From NCBI GenBank assembly GCA_022813865.1, contig JALDZX010000025.1, positions 1 through 64,000 on the forward strand: 64,000 nucleotides of DNA, in the 5' to 3' direction. Made by a program: the position numbers and the translations under genes. The notes beneath the pieces were generated by a model. The model had not been told where the DNA came from and made no database searches. It saw only the letters and a list, made by a program, of their open reading frames with translations. Of the stretch, positions 28,333-42,107 are shown in pieces. The stretch is from Xylographa opegraphella. Its lineage: Eukaryota. Each line of letters begins with the position of its first letter. Positions within the stretch are counted from its first letter, which is position 1.

Positions 28333-30045
28333 ATGGGTAGTAGCACGCCTAGGGCGTGTGGATTGCTACTTCGTATCTGTCGTTGCAGGTCCGAAGTCGC
28401 GTTCCCTTCACCTGAACGATTGTTCCACGATTATTTTGTAACGCATCTTCCATCCTCCTCGTTGCATCCAGATTCCCGCTCTGCCCATCATCAGCTTCCT
28501 CGTGCAGCATCCAAGCCGCACATACCAACTTCTTCTCGAGAAGCGTCTCCTGCACCTGTCGCGGGTGTATCGAGGGACACCACAGTTGTGCGCATTCCTC
28601 TGCGGAGTGCCAAGCACCACTTCGGGGTTTCAGTGTCAAGAGGCACTCGACCATATAATGAGGACACATACCAAGCAGGTGTCATCGAGGTACCGGCGTT
28701 TGCTAAGCAGAGCGCAGTCAGTCTTACGAGAGCGCCGTCATCAAGTCCACTTCAAGCATATCGAGAGGAACAGAGAAGGAAGCAAGAGGAACGAAAAGAT
28801 CTAGATGACAAGACTAGTGCAGAAGCTACATCGGCTGAGGGGGCCAGCGGAGATCCCCAAGTGTTCTATTTTGGAGTCTTTGATGGTCACGGTGGAACAG
28901 AATGTAGTGATTTCCTCCGGGAGAGTCTGCATGAATATATTGAAGATGCCGCTCGGAAGTTTCATTTGAAGTCTACACTGAAATACTCGAAACTCCAACC
29001 AGTGGATGACGCAACGAGGCACTCGTCTCCTCTGGAGCATCGTCCAAGACATGATCCTGCCGATGAAAAGCCGAAGCATGCACCACCGTTACCCAGCACG
29101 CCAGCTTTGATACAGAGCGATGAGCCTCAGCTTGCCAGTGCTTTAGAAGATGACTTAATAAAGAGCTGGCGTACTCTGGTTGGTGGTTACTTCCGCCGTT
29201 TCAAGCCGTCGGCTTTTTCAGCCCTGGAGAGCAAATCAACGACTATGTCAACAGTTCTAACTTATGCGTTCCTACGCGCTGACCTCGACTTTATTGAGGC
29301 GCAGGTTAGGAAGACGGATTTGGAGTCCGATTCGGTGGTATCAGATGCACCATTGAACGCTTCCGACGTTCTGGATTCTCCTTCTTATCAAATCGGTGGC
29401 CCGAAGCGCTTCAAGGGTGGTAGCACATGCTCCGTTGCGCTGATATCAACTCCCTCTCCCACACCGTTTTGGCATCCTGCTAGTCCGTCCACCTTAATCG
29501 TTGCTCATGTTGGCGATACGCGAATTTTGCTGTGCAAAACGCTGGACGGCATTGCAGCTCCTCTTACGACAGATCATCACCCTAGCAGTTCTGGTGAGGG
29601 TGAGCGACTCCGGAAGTACGCGGCCACATTTGTTACTGACTCATTTGGCGAGGAAAGGATGAGTGGGCTTGCCAACACTCGAGCATTTGGAGACATGCAA
29701 TCGAAGAGACTGGGCGTTAGTGCGGAACCAGAAATCCGTAGGATAGAGATAGCGCCTGCTGAGTACTCATTCATAGTGTTGGTCAGCGATGGTATCAGTG
29801 GGACTCTTGCGGATCAAGAGATAGTCGACATTGTCAAGGAGGCGAAAACACCTGAGCAGGGATCCAAAGATGTAGTCGCATTCGCCACGGAGGTAAGTAG
29901 CGAGGGTGACAATGCAACCTGTCTGGTTATACGCCTCGGAGGGTGGGAAAGGAGAATGGAGGGAGGCCTTGGGAGTATGGTAACCAAGGAAAGTAGGGAG
30001 TGGAGAAAGCAAGAAGCCACTGTTCCTCGGAGTCGGCGAGACTGA
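28333..30045 (+). CDS. PP2C-family protein phosphatase (Ptc6-like, probably mitochondrial); start uncertain
   Basis: RPYNED, FGVFDGHGG, GSTCSVA, AHVGDTR, LANTRAFGD, LVSDG and DNATC PP2C motifs. Confidence 0.88.
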   Translation: MGSSTPRACGLLLRICRCRSEVAFPSPERLFHDYFVTHLPSSSLHPDSRSAHHQLPRAASKPHIPTSSREASPAPVAGVSRDTTVVRIPLRSAKHHFGVSVSRGTRPYNEDTYQAGVIEVPAFAKQSAVSLTRAPSSSPLQAYREEQRRKQEERKDLDDKTSAEATSAEGASGDPQVFYFGVFDGHGGTECSDFLRESLHEYIEDAARKFHLKSTLKYSKLQPVDDATRHSSPLEHRPRHDPADEKPKHAPPLPSTPALIQSDEPQLASALEDDLIKSWRTLVGGYFRRFKPSAFSALESKSTTMSTVLTYAFLRADLDFIEAQVRKTDLESDSVVSDAPLNASDVLDSPSYQIGGPKRFKGGSTCSVALISTPSPTPFWHPASPSTLIVAHVGDTRILLCKTLDGIAAPLTTDHHPSSSGEGERLRKYAATFVTDSFGEERMSGLANTRAFGDMQSKRLGVSAEPEIRRIEIAPAEYSFIVLVSDGISGTLADQEIVDIVKEAKTPEQGSKDVVAFATEVSSEGDNATCLVIRLGGWERRMEGGLGSMVTKESREWRKQEATVPRSRRD

Positions 30046-30783
30046 TCTGGGTCGAAGATTTTAGTTCACGTTCTTGGTAGGGTCCTGCATACATAATAGC
30101 ACTGATCTAAAGGTCTAAGCCAGCTTTCACCTGTTTGCCATGAGGCGGTGTGGATCATGAGCATGAGTTGCCTCTCGTCCTACCGGAATCGCTGTAATGA
30201 ATGTAGTGCTCGGGGCGGAAAAACTCACGGAAACGGCTGTAATTTCAATATCGATAGGAAAAGCTTTATAGAAGATCTAGCAAGACAAGAATCAAGTTTG
30301 CAAGGCCCCAGCGTTCAGCCGTCTCCTGAGACCCTTTTCCACTCAACTTTTAGTATCTCTATTAGCTAACCCGTTGTTCTACTTTATTGAACCTCCCTCT
30401 CGGCTGGTGGCCTGACATAACTATTTCCTGCACGTAGCCTCTTATTTACTGTATATTCCCACAAGAAAGAGTGTTTGCAAATCGGAGAGGAGGTGGTCCT
30501 CGCAGCCTTATGGCCGACTTATCAATCGTGGCTAGTCAGAGCTGTACCCTTTAAGACATTCAGACACTACGTAAGTTCCATCGCAAGCATCGAGGGGCAT
30601 CATTGATTTCCTGATGCGAACAGTTAAGACTTCGCCTATTATCTTCAAGCACAATCTGTTTGGGAAGTCATAATCCCGTCTTTGTCCACAAATTACGCCT
30701 ACCTTTTTCTCTCGTATCGACGACTTCAAAGTGAGTATCGTCGTGAAACCACTTGTGGTGCGGCAAGTTCGCCCCAGTTCGTG

Positions 30784-33733
30784 ATGGAGGCCTGGCAGCC
30801 AGACCAGGAGCAATTGAGGCAGCTCGTTGGATATCTTCGAGATTCGCTCAGCGGACATGACCAAAATGCTCAGAAACATGCGTCAATGGTACAAAAATTT
30901 TCTTCAAACCGCCTGCTTGTACACATTTTGCACAGTTCCAGTTGTGGCTGACCACTTCGACCAATAAACAGATGCTTTCGCAAGCCAAGTCATCACCTGA
31001 TATTACCAACTACTTAACGTACATTCTGTGCAGCCTGCCTACTTCGCTCAATCTCAGCCAGGAGAACAGTCATCTTGCCCGTAGTTCTGCTGCAGTCAGT
31101 CTCAAGAATATCATAAAGACTAGGTACCGTGCAATACCACCAGGAAATCTAGCATACATACGGCGCTCACTTCTTTCATGCCTTGAGGATTCCAGCTCCC
31201 AAATTCGAAATTTTACTGGCAATGTCATCACAGAGTTGGTCAAACAAGGAGGTGTGCTCGGGTGGCCAGAAGTCTTTCCTGCGCTTTTATCGTTGGCGGG
31301 AAACGATGCGGGAAGCGTGCCTACTCATACACAAGAAGGGTCTATGAATGCTTTATCCAAAGTCTGCGAGGACAGTAAAAAGTCGCTGGACAGGGACTAC
31401 CAAGGACACCGACCACTCGATGTGATCCTCCCAAGGCTTCTTCAATTGACTGCCAGTCCTCTTCCCAAAGTGCGAGCGTTGGCATTGGAGAGCATCAACA
31501 TATTCATCCCCCAGAAACCTGGTGCCTTATTACTACTGATGGACCCGCTTCTATCACGACTTTTTCAGTTGGCACATGATTCGAGCGATGATGTCCGCCG
31601 GTATGTTTGCCGCTCCTTTGTTCAACTTGTGGATGTTCAGCCAGAAAAGATTCTACCTCATATGGAGGGACTGGTTAATTATATGATATCGCAACAAAGA
31701 AATACGGACGACCCTGAGTTGGCCCTTGATGCCGCCGAATTTTGGCTCTCCATCGGTGAGCACAAGAACCTTTGTTCAAGTTTGGGACCTTATTTGCCAA
31801 CAATAATACCATGTTTGCTGGAAAGTATGGTGTACGGCGATGACGATATCGCACGGCTGGAAGGGGATGCAGATGACGCAAATGAGGAAGATAAAGCTGA
31901 AAACATTAAGCCACAGTTTGCCAAATCGAAAGGAGCCAGAACTGCTAACAATGGACCTTCAACTAAGAAAGACATAAATGGGGTCATTGGAAGTGCGTCA
32001 CTTGACGATGGCTTAGATGAGGGGGAGATTGAGGATTATGGTGATGAGCCTGAAGGGGCCAATCCAGAAGATGAGTGGAATCTACGCAAATGCTCGGCCG
32101 CCGCTCTTGACGTCCTCGCAACATTTTTCCATCAGCCAGTCTTTGACATCACCCTTCCGTATCTTAAGGACAACCTTAATCACCCGGATTGGCCTAACAG
32201 AGAAGCTGCTGTACTTGCTATTGGTGCTGTTGCTGATGGTTGCATGGAGGTGGTTTCTCCACATTTACCCGAGCTCATACCATACTTGATATCCTTGTTA
32301 CAAGATTCGGAGCCGGTAGTAAGACAGATTACTTGCTGGGCCTTGGGCCGGTATTCGAAATGGGCGGCCTATCTTCCAGATGAAAGGGCTAAGGCGTCGT
32401 ATTTCGAACCAATGATGGACGGGATTTTGAAGAAGATGCTGGATCGTAACAAGTCTGTACAGGAGGCTGCTGCTTCTGCATTTTCGAGGCTGGAAGAAAC
32501 CGCGAAGAAGGAACTCACACCCTACTGCAAGCCCATCATTCAACAATTTGTTCGATGTTTTGAGACTTACAAGGATCGCAATATGTTTATACTATACGAC
32601 TGCGTGCAAACTCTTGCTGAGCATGTTGGGCCGGCTCTTTCTGAGCCAGAGCTCAACAGACTTCTTGTGCCTGCCCTTGTTAATAGGTGGGAAAGCGTGT
32701 CCGATCAATCGCAGGAACTCTTCCCTCTTCTGGAGTGTCTATCGTATGTTGCCACTGCTATGGGTGAGTCTTTCGCACAGATCGCAGATCCGATATTCTC
32801 AAGGTGTATAAGGATAATACATCAGAATCTACAGGAATATTTGCTTGCCGCCAGCAATGAGGCAATAGATTTACCTGATAAGGACTTTCTGGTCGTGAGC
32901 CTTGATCTTCTCAGCTCCACAATCCAAGCCTTGCCATCGGCAATGAGCAACGAGCTTGTCGCAAAATCTCAGCCGAGAATGTTTGATCTCTTGCGTTTCT
33001 GTATGGAGGATCCCAGCAACGATGTTCGACAGTCATCTTACGCACTCCTCGGGGATTGTGCTGTCTATGTCTTTCCTCAGCTACAGCCAGAGCTTCCTGC
33101 GCTGATGCCGATTTTAATTCAACAGCTTGATCTCGATGCGATGCCCGACGAGGAGGCCGAATCTGCCTTTAGTGTTATCAACAACGCATGTTGGTCATGC
33201 GGTGAGATTTCCCTACAACACAAGGATGGTATGGCTCCATATGTGGAACAGCTATACGAACGAGTCTTCAATATCATCAGTAACCCGGGAGTACCATCTT
33301 CCGTCAACGAGAATGCAGCTATCGCTCTTGGTCGGCTCGGTCTGCACTGCTCAGAGGGCTTAGCACTTCACCTAGCGGAATTTGCGACCTTATTCCTTCA
33401 AAGCATTCGACCGGTCGATGATACCGATGAGAAAGGTCAGGCTTTCCTGGGCCTGAATCGGACCATTGTGAATAATCCGCAAGGGATGGAAAGCTGTTTA
33501 CTTGACTACTTCAGGGCCACTGCAGCCTTCAAAAACTTCCGGGAGGATGACCTGAAGGAGTCATTCCAGCAGGTTCGTGCTTAAACACTTCCACGCCATA
33601 TCGGTGCTGCTTTTTGCTAACAATTGCGGAGGTACTAATTGGTTACAAAACAATGATCCCTAACTTCGGTGGGTTCATCGGTCAACTCTCTGCAAAGGAT
33701 CAACAAAAGTTGCACAATATATACAATGTCTGA
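30784..33733 (+). CDS. KAP104: Transportin / importin beta-2 (HEAT repeats); exons 30784-30888, 30972-33572, 33632-33733
   Basis: HEAT-repeat sequence, acidic H8 loop followed by EWNLRKCSAAALD, and QITCWALGRYS, NNACWSCGEI and ENAAIALGRL motifs. Confidence 0.92.
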
Positions 33734-36700
33734 ACTGGAGATTTAGGCATGGAGAGGCCAAGGCGGCACCTTGTCATTTCACGTTCCCAATGACGCATGG
33801 CAGTTGGAGTAGGGCAATTGTGTCACTGCGTCCTGCTTGAAGACGCTTTCGAAACAGATGGAACAAGGACGGTGAAAATCTTTGAATTTGACTGCTATCT
33901 ATGGCGAGTAGCGGTATCATGGTTCCCGCATACCTTATACCGGCAAGAAGAACCATGTCAGGTAGCCTACAGGCAATCTTACATATCAGCGGCGGTTGTG
34001 TAAATAGTCGTGATGCGATCTAGCGTTGGAACACGTCGGCTCAAAGTGGACTGCATGGGATTTCAGGCACTTGCACGAGGTGGCTGAGCTCGGGATTTGG
34101 CGAGCAATAGACGGTGGATGTGTTCGTAGCATAGATGCAGCAGCAACGAGCTTTGGTCGGAGCGGATGGGTTGTCCGCCAGCTTTCACACTGTTCCGTTC
34201 GTTGTGCAATCCCTAATCATGCAGCTCACCCGATCAGCCGAAACGCACGCGAGATGCTTTTGCTTCCGTCCTTTACTCTTGGCTGGGTTGGCCGTACGAC
34301 ACCGAGTGCCCGCATGCGTGTCTGCCCGTCCCGGCTCCCAAGTGCTGAAACTGCCAGTGCTGCATGCCAGCGGGTACATTGCCTCGTGTGGCATGCTGCA
34401 GGGCGTACAGTTTGAGGCGGATGCTTCCCTGATAGGCAAGTTGGGTGGATGTGGTACACTCTTGGAAAACCGGGCTGTTGAAGGTCGAGTTCGAGAGTAA
34501 AGGTATGGACTCGGCCGGTCGATCGAGTGTGATCATGGACTCAACCGCTCGAGCATGCCAGCCCGCCCGTGGTGTCGAGTCGAATTTCAGCATCCGATCG
34601 GGCTGGTCATAAGTACATGATTCGTAGGGCCTCTGAATCCAACCTTTCGCGCCGAAACTGAGAAATTACGCTTTCGGGGTAGGGCTTAAAAAGATAAGCG
34701 AGGGCGGTGTCGATCAAGTTTGCAAGCTACGAAGCATCCTGCTCAGTGCTCAACAGTCCGCGTAGCTTGGTTTCGGGTTCTTCTGGGCCGACTGTTAGCC
34801 GTCTCCACGCTCTTCCTTCGGCGTTCCCGAGTGGCCTTTCCGTTGTAACGAAGCAGGATTTACTTGCTGGGAGCGGATGAGTGCTGGGGTGGAACCAGGA
34901 GTCGACGCAAACTAGTCATGGAGGATGAGGAGTTTTCTTCGCGAGGATAAGTCAGCGTCAGCCGGGTATTCCTGCTACTCTTGCGTGGCCCGAGCCGTTT
35001 TTAGGAGGTTGCTTCTGGAAGATATCTCAGGTAAGCTCTGCGGGTGTGGCTGCATCAGCACGGATCAGGTTGTTCCTTCCGGTTCGACATTGATCGAGTG
35101 TAGGTTCTTATACAATAATATCAGCTGGGTGGTGTACGACCTTGATTCGGTAAGTACAGAATCATCTCTTCGTCTCTAATCATAGCTGCCACGACGTCAC
35201 GTAATCGTTTCACGAGCTTCAAGGGCTCCTTTCTGGCAATACTGTGAACATCATGTTCGAACACAGGAACAAGCGTCGTCGCGATTGTGAATAAAGGTCA
35301 TCATACCATGGCAGTTCAATTCAGGCGCGTAATTTCGCGACCCAATATTCATACCACCAAGCGTCCGGGATAAGGACGATAGACGAATTGGTTGCAGGAC
35401 GTTCTGTTCTGTTCTAAAAGAACGATTCCTTGGCTGAAGAGGTTCAGATTTTCTCTCGAGCGCCTGGTTCGCACAGTCCGAGAGATGTGATCGAGTTGCT
35501 GTGAGCTAAGCTCGACATGCAGTCGATTTCCAACATCCAGTCTCTCCCACGCCCACAAGCCCCACCATTCACCTGTAGAATTGAAATAGAGCTCGTCCTT
35601 TACAGCTGACCTCAGCTTGGGATGGGGATGGAAATTATCCATGAAGACTGGCCGGCTCAATTCCCACCCTGGACGGCCAAGGGCGAATCAACAGTCTGAA
35701 GGGTGTAAATCGGAAGGAAGTGAGGATAGCAAGGGGTAAGAGGCAGCCGGTGGCATGATGCTCTAAATTTTGAAGGATCAGTCTTCAAGGGTCGACAACG
35801 GCCAGACAACGGAGCAGGAAAAGGTGTCCTTTCAAAGACAGCTTGGGCAGATGATACGCAACTTGCACGATCCATATTGCGGTGTATCAGAGTACAGCAG
35901 GCAAGGCCTATTTCTGAGCTCTATTGTTGGCTCGAGGGCGCCTATGCGAGTCCGGTAGACTAGAGAAAGAGGTGACAGTCGGACATGGCGTGATGCAAGG
36001 GGTATTGGCAATGACATGGCATTCCAATGCGGTTCATGGCCACCGTCACACCGCAGAGGACGGCGAAGCCTTTCCATGGCAAGCTCGCGAGTGCTCCAGC
36101 AAATGGCAACATGTTGAGACATGCACGACTCACGGGCAACGCCCACGAGACGAGGCCAAATGTAGAAGCTTGGCGTGCGGCGAGCGCTCAGCTGAGTCAG
36201 ACCCCACCGACTATACAATACCTTACAGGACTTCATCGGTTCGCCGTCGCGGGCATCGCCGACAATTAGCAATGGAGCAATGGCCGACTACGACGGTCCT
36301 GTGACACGATCTGTCTCCCCATCCGTCCGTGGGAGGAGAGTTGGCGACGATTCGCTGTATCGGTGCTTGGGTCGAGCATCGACGGCAGTCCCGTCACGGA
36401 TCGGGTTCTCGTGGAAGGCACATGACCGATGAAGCCGTGGCTGGCGCATGGAAGCAGGCACGGCTGTCACGTTCGTATGCTGCAGCACCGAATCCGTCGT
36501 CCTCGACACTGAGCGACGAAGCGTGTTCTTTCGTCCGCCCGATGTCGCTATTTTTATCTCCAGGGTCCTCGCTCGCTTCCGAGGATGCGCTAGTCCTAGG
36601 GCGGGGGAGGAGGGTCGACGTCATCCATCACCGCTGAGGGATACCCAACGTCCAAACGACAACGAGCCCATGCAATCTTTGGAGGCTTTCCAACGGAAAG

Positions 36701-37904
36701 GACGAAGAGCTGAAAAGCTCGTGTACGATGTCGGAGCTCCCCATCGAAGGATGACAGGGGAGATGAACTACGAGAGTAAGGTAGGGAGTACATGGCAGGT
36801 ACTCCTGCTAATCTGCATTGGCAGCGACGCCGCCAGATGTTAGACCGGAGACGGGGCTGGGAAGGGCGATGCACGCAGGCTGACTGATCTCCTACCTTAA
36901 GGTACTGTTGTGGATTCGGGAAGAAGGACTGTCGAATGCTGCACGGAATAAGCGGACCATGTAACGGACAAGCGGGCGACTGCACCTGTTGGTACCGTTG
37001 GGCCTTGGCAGCTCGGCTGCTCGGCTGCGTGGTGCGAACACGGATAGTACGGAGTATACCTTACAACAGGTAGTCAAGGTACCTTGGGTACTGCGAGGTG
37101 GTGGTCACAACTCATATTTCCTCGCTTTACCCCGACCTGCTTTCGGGGCCAGGTAGGTACTGCATACGGTACCTTTCCTCACAGAGCAAGGTACCTACTT
37201 TGACTGACCCTACATGACTGCCACTTTGCGCAATGGTTCGGGAGAGGCTAGGACGGAAGAGGCGTAGCGAATCGAAGGCGGTCGATGCAGCTAGTAGGGC
37301 GATGGCCCATGCGGCTTTGAGGACCAAAATTAGAAATCACATTACTGTGTACCTACAACCTACTACTGTGGTAGCAAGCCCGAGACGGACGCTGGATGGA
37401 GGGATGCCGGAAGGGGGCTAGGTGCCCGAGCAGGGGTCTGCCACGCTAAGGGTTGCGAGCCTAACGCTGACCCCTGCAGCCGGGAAAAGGCCGCCACGAC
37501 TCACAACGAACGACAACTTCTTCACTTCCTGCCCCTTCCACCAATCACCGGCCACCGCTCCAAACTCTCTCTCGTCGGCTGCCCTCCGCCCACAGCCACG
37601 ATCAAGCGCCTCTTACGAACGTCTTCTTCCCTCTTCTCCGCGCAACCGGACGGACTCCATGCGAAAGTCGTGCGGGATGCTTTTCTCGCAACGCCCCCGA
37701 CCTCCAGGAATGGATCATGTACTACCAAGACCAAGTATACTATCAACCCAGATACTGCTTCAAACTCCCGCCCACCTCGACGTCTGGAAACACGACCCCA
37801 CCGTTTGGGGGGGAGTGAGACAGCCTGCCCTCTGCCTCCTGCTCTGCTCGCATCCTCGCCATCCTCGCCGTTCCCTCGTCCCCTTCCGGCTACGTCGGAC
37901 CACT

Positions 37905-37952
37905 CTCACGCCCTCACGCCCTCACGCCCTCACGCCCTCACACTCTCACGCC
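37905..37952 (+). repeat. Tandem repeat (CTCACGCC)x6, one copy variant
   Basis: Read directly from the sequence. Confidence 0.9.
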
Positions 37953-38870
37953 CGGTGGCCTGTTCTGCCCAATCGCCGCTGGCTTGGGGGTCATCGTCAC
38001 ACCGATACAGGGCTATGTCATCTCGCGTGGCCATGCTCTGTTCGTACGTAGTAGTTCCAATCCACCCCGCAATGTTTTCCCTCCTTCGCCCTTAGCACAC
38101 CTTTTCCCTCCCACGCTCTCCTCCTTCCTACCTACCTTTCAACCCCACCCCACCCNCCCCCCCCGTCCCCCAGGCCTGAGGTCAAGCCTATCTGAGCTCA
38201 AGCCCCATCGCTCAAGCATCTCACCGTCGGGAAAAAGCCACTCAGACTTCTCTCGACCGCTCCCGGGAAGCTGAGGACTATTTTCAGACCCAAGTCGCCT
38301 CGCTAGCGCATTTGGCCGATGTTGCTTCAAACGTCCATGTAACGGTGTAACGACATGCCTGCCTTTCTTACATATTCCCTCCCTCGCTCCCGCTTTCGCC
38401 GCGTTCCATCCTCCCAGATGACCGGATATTAATCACATTCGCTTTTGGTTTGTGCGTCTCTGGAAGCTCCACCTCTCGTTCACGGCAGCTGCAGAACTAC
38501 ACTCTCGTTGATAAAAGTCCCTCGCTTTGGTTGATGTTTTGAAGAACCTCAGCCCCAATATATCTACCTTCGTTCCAACCGCCGCCGTATACGTTCGTTA
38601 CTGATCGGTCTCGTTTCCCTCGCACCGGTCCACCGTGGAGAGACTCCGAACCAGTCTATCGCAGTTCTGCACCCGTTCGATTTGCAAACTTGATCGAGCT
38701 ACAGCGCTACCCGCTCTGGCCCCGAAACTTGTTCGAGGCCCTCCGACTCCCAGCTTGCTTTTCAGCTATAGCACCATAGTACCTAGCCAAAATCTTCTTT
38801 ACCGTCTCACTGCGATCGCGGAGATTCGTCGGTTTTCATTCTTCTACTTTCACCAGCCAGTCCGGCTCGA

Positions 38871-40915
38871 ATGGCCGGCCCCGGTGGAGGACCACCTCGC
38901 AAGAGCCACACAAAGTCCAGAAAAGGCTGCAAGACGTGCAAGAAGAGACACATTCGCTGTGACGAGTATTTCCCTCAATGGTAAGCAAGCTGACTCGTCC
39001 GGTGGCATCTATATTCTGCCCTGGCAACGGATTCACGGGCAGGCCACGGTGTGCTGACTAGAAAACTAGCCGGAACTGTACCAAGCATAACTGCAGGTGT
39101 GATTATATGGACAACCCATCGCCAGCCGACGAGGCCCCACGAAGCCCGAAAGGACCGGATCTGTTATGGACCCCCAGTATCGAAGACGAACTCGACGCCT
39201 GGCACCACACCGGCGTCTTTCCCTTTCCCGTACTCGGATTGAGAACGTATGACCAATTCCGGAGTCTCTCGAAAATCGAGCTTCGCCTGATCCACCATCT
39301 GTCAAGCGTGTATCGTGATCTACAACGACTGGAGATGATGCACTGCATCGCATGGGTTGAGATGCTTCCGATGTAAGATCCTGGCTGCTGCTCCGCAATC
39401 GGCCGCGATCCTTCCCCGTTACTGACTGGCTACAGCTTCCTCGATACGGCGGCTGGATATGACTTTGTGATGAGTGCGATTCTCGCCTTCTCTGCCACCC
39501 ATCTCGCCTCCGTGACAAATTCGGTGGAGACCAAGAACTTGGCTTACCATCACCGAGGCGTTGCGCTGAGTGGCCTACACGGCGCAATTGGCAACTTCTC
39601 CGAGGGCAACTCCGACCCAATCTTGGCCGCGTCGATTCTCTTGTCTTGGCAAGCGTCGGATTGGTAAGCAACGCCGCCTGAGGGTTGCGTCCCAGCATGC
39701 GTTGACTCAAAATGCTGACCGAACCTAGGGGTGGTTGGACATCTCTCATGCAAGGCATCTCTACAGTACGTTCCCGGATGAGCAGGAGGGGAGCGTGAAA
39801 GGAGGCTAACCCTGGCCTAGGTCCTTTCGTCGATGGACGCGTGGAAGGGGAACTCCAGACTTGCTCTTTATGTTGAAAACAATGTGCTGTTCCAGCCAAG
39901 ATCCTTTGCTCGACCTTCGGTGGCCACGACGAATGTCCCACTCCTACCGGAAGATGATAGATCCTTGCAACAAGCGATCGATGCACTACAACGAGTACAG
40001 AAATACCTCGCAACCTACCATCAGCTACGTGCTTGTGTGGAAGATGTGCTCCAGTCCGCTCGAGACATCGAAGGCTACTCCGCTACAATCGCAGCTCCAC
40101 AGCTGTTCGAGAAGCTACAGGCCCTCCGTTCTCGGCTTCTCTGGCTACCAATTGCTCTCTCCCAGAGAACCGAGAATTTAAGCCTGAATCTACTCGTCAT
40201 TGCGCATCTTTACGCTGTCGGTTTGGCTATAGATTCATCCATTCCGGAACTCAACGGAGCCGCCTTTGGTGTTCTTGTTACCGCACCTATTGAGGAGATC
40301 GACCGAAAACTCCGCTTCAGCCAATCCCCAATGGTGCAACAAACCTACCATCCCCAGATCGCGGAGATGATGCAGTTTCCGCACGAATTGGCATCGAGAA
40401 CTCGCTTCTATCATCTCTCGGCCGTTTCCTTGTCAGATGCCTTGCAACCGGGTCCCCAAAGTCCGTTCGGCTTTCAAAGCCTTCGCATCGATTCTGCTCC
40501 TGGCACACCAGGCTTCCCTGGAATATTTCCTATGTTTTTGAATCGTAGCACCGAAGATCTTAGCGTACCACCTTCGCCTTTCCTCCTCCATCAACCCTAC
40601 AACAATACTCCGACCTCCCAGCGCCATTCTCAGACCTACGAACAATCAAGCCGACCCATTTCCATCCACGAGCACCAAACCTATGGCGGACCCAGCTTCA
40701 CCGGAGGTTCTCCTGCTTACTCTGCATCATACTCCCCTGCCCCTACATTCGTCGAGGACGAACATAGCTACAACCTCGAGGGGTATTCGGCGGACTATCA
40801 CGGCGGGTTTGTGACTCCTACAATATGGACGGAAGACTTAGGACCTGACTTGCCATTCAGGGACTATTTGCACGACGAATCTCGCGAGAAAGGCAAGCAT
40901 CGCCGCATTTCATGA
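38871..40915 (+). CDS. Zn(II)2Cys6 transcription factor (Upc2-like N-terminus); exons 38871-38980, 39070-39372, 39436-39663, 39729-39765, 39821-40915
   Basis: The spliced N-terminus is MAGPGGGPPRKSHTKSRKGCKTCKKRHIRCDEYFPQCRNCTKHNCRCDY, followed by the fungal TF middle region MSAILAFSATHL...AASILLSWQ. The zinc-cluster exons are not in the ORF track. Confidence 0.9.
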
Positions 40916-41702
40916 TTAACGACAGTGTCACGAGCAGGCATATTCACCACCATTTGAGATTCGACATTTTCCACGTTCATCATTTTTCTTTTTGACATGG
41001 CCTGTCGGCACACGGAGTAATTTAGCACGATATTACACGACTTGACAAAACCCTGCCGCTCTTTCTGGGAACCAACGGCGTGCCTTATATCTCGAATTTG
41101 GGCTGTTTTTCACACGGGCGTAGATGGGGGTGGGGCGGCTATCTCAAAAAGCGATCTCCTGTTTCCTTGACTCACGAACGACACGGTCACGGTAGTGGTG
41201 TGCGGGTTGGATGCAGCACAGATCAGAATTCCTCTTTTTTCCCACAAGCAAGCGCGGCGTCTGGGGCAGAGCATCTGAGCATATTGTAGCATTTTAGCGT
41301 CTGCGTTGCCTCCACGTCACATCTCATGTGCTATCATAGTTAATATGTAATCCACAAGCCTTTTGTCTCCAAACACCATGATGCATCGTACTTGCCATCG
41401 AGCGAACGATATTATATCCACCACGTGGTACGACGGGGACCGTCCCCCTTCCCTCCCACCGGCGAATCAAAGATGCTATCCCCATCCGAGCATGTCCACC
41501 CGCTCTGCTAGCCCTACCTCACCGCCTCCCCTTCCGCGGGCCTTTCCCGACTGACGGGAATACGATCTCTCCATCTTCAGCTGAAGAAGCCATTGCCCCC
41601 ACGCCCTCGCGCCCCAGTCTCCGTCCCTCTTCCCAGCCCACTACCCATAGCCCATCCTAGCCATCTCCCTCGTTCCAGAGGCTCTCATCCCCCGACCCCG
41701 GG

Positions 41703-41703
<1 letters not shown>

Positions 41704-41765
<62 letters not shown>

Positions 41766-41822
41766 NNNNNNNNNNNNNNNNNNNNNNNNNNNNNNNNNNN
41801 NNNNNNNNNNNNNNNCCCCCCC
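41704..41822. other. Poly-C tract flanking a 50-N assembly gap (41766-41815)
   Basis: 62 C before the N run and further C after it. Confidence 0.95.
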
Positions 41823-42086
41823 TTCTCGCCAAGTCCCACTAAGCCACCGTCGACCGGGCCCAAACTCGATATGCTCGCCACCCGGCCAGTAGCTGGCTCG
41901 GACACGAACGACACGCTGGCATCGTATCGTATTCCGTTTGTCCCTGTTTCACGCACCCCCCGCCGGCCGGCCTAGACAGGAGTCTTCGTATCTCCCTCCC
42001 TCCAAGGCCCCCAATTTGCTTGGCCAACACACTGCCTGCGGACGAATTGGGCGGTTGTGGCAGATGTTTGGGCGGTGGGGGGGAGC

Positions 42087-42107
42087 TGTGTGTGTGTGTG
42101 TGTGTGT
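42087..42107. repeat. (TG)10 microsatellite
   Basis: Read directly from the sequence. Confidence 0.9.

Noticed and set aside
34026..38330. Many overlapping 60-200 aa ORFs
   Set aside because: Expected in GC-rich non-coding DNA. The translations are Arg/Ser/Pro/Cys-rich with no domain signatures.
39066..40013. 315-aa minus-strand ORF
   Set aside because: Antisense shadow of the Zn2Cys6 gene, with no domain features.
41593..41956. Poly-Pro / poly-Gly ORFs
   Set aside because: Translation artefacts of the poly-C tract and N gap.
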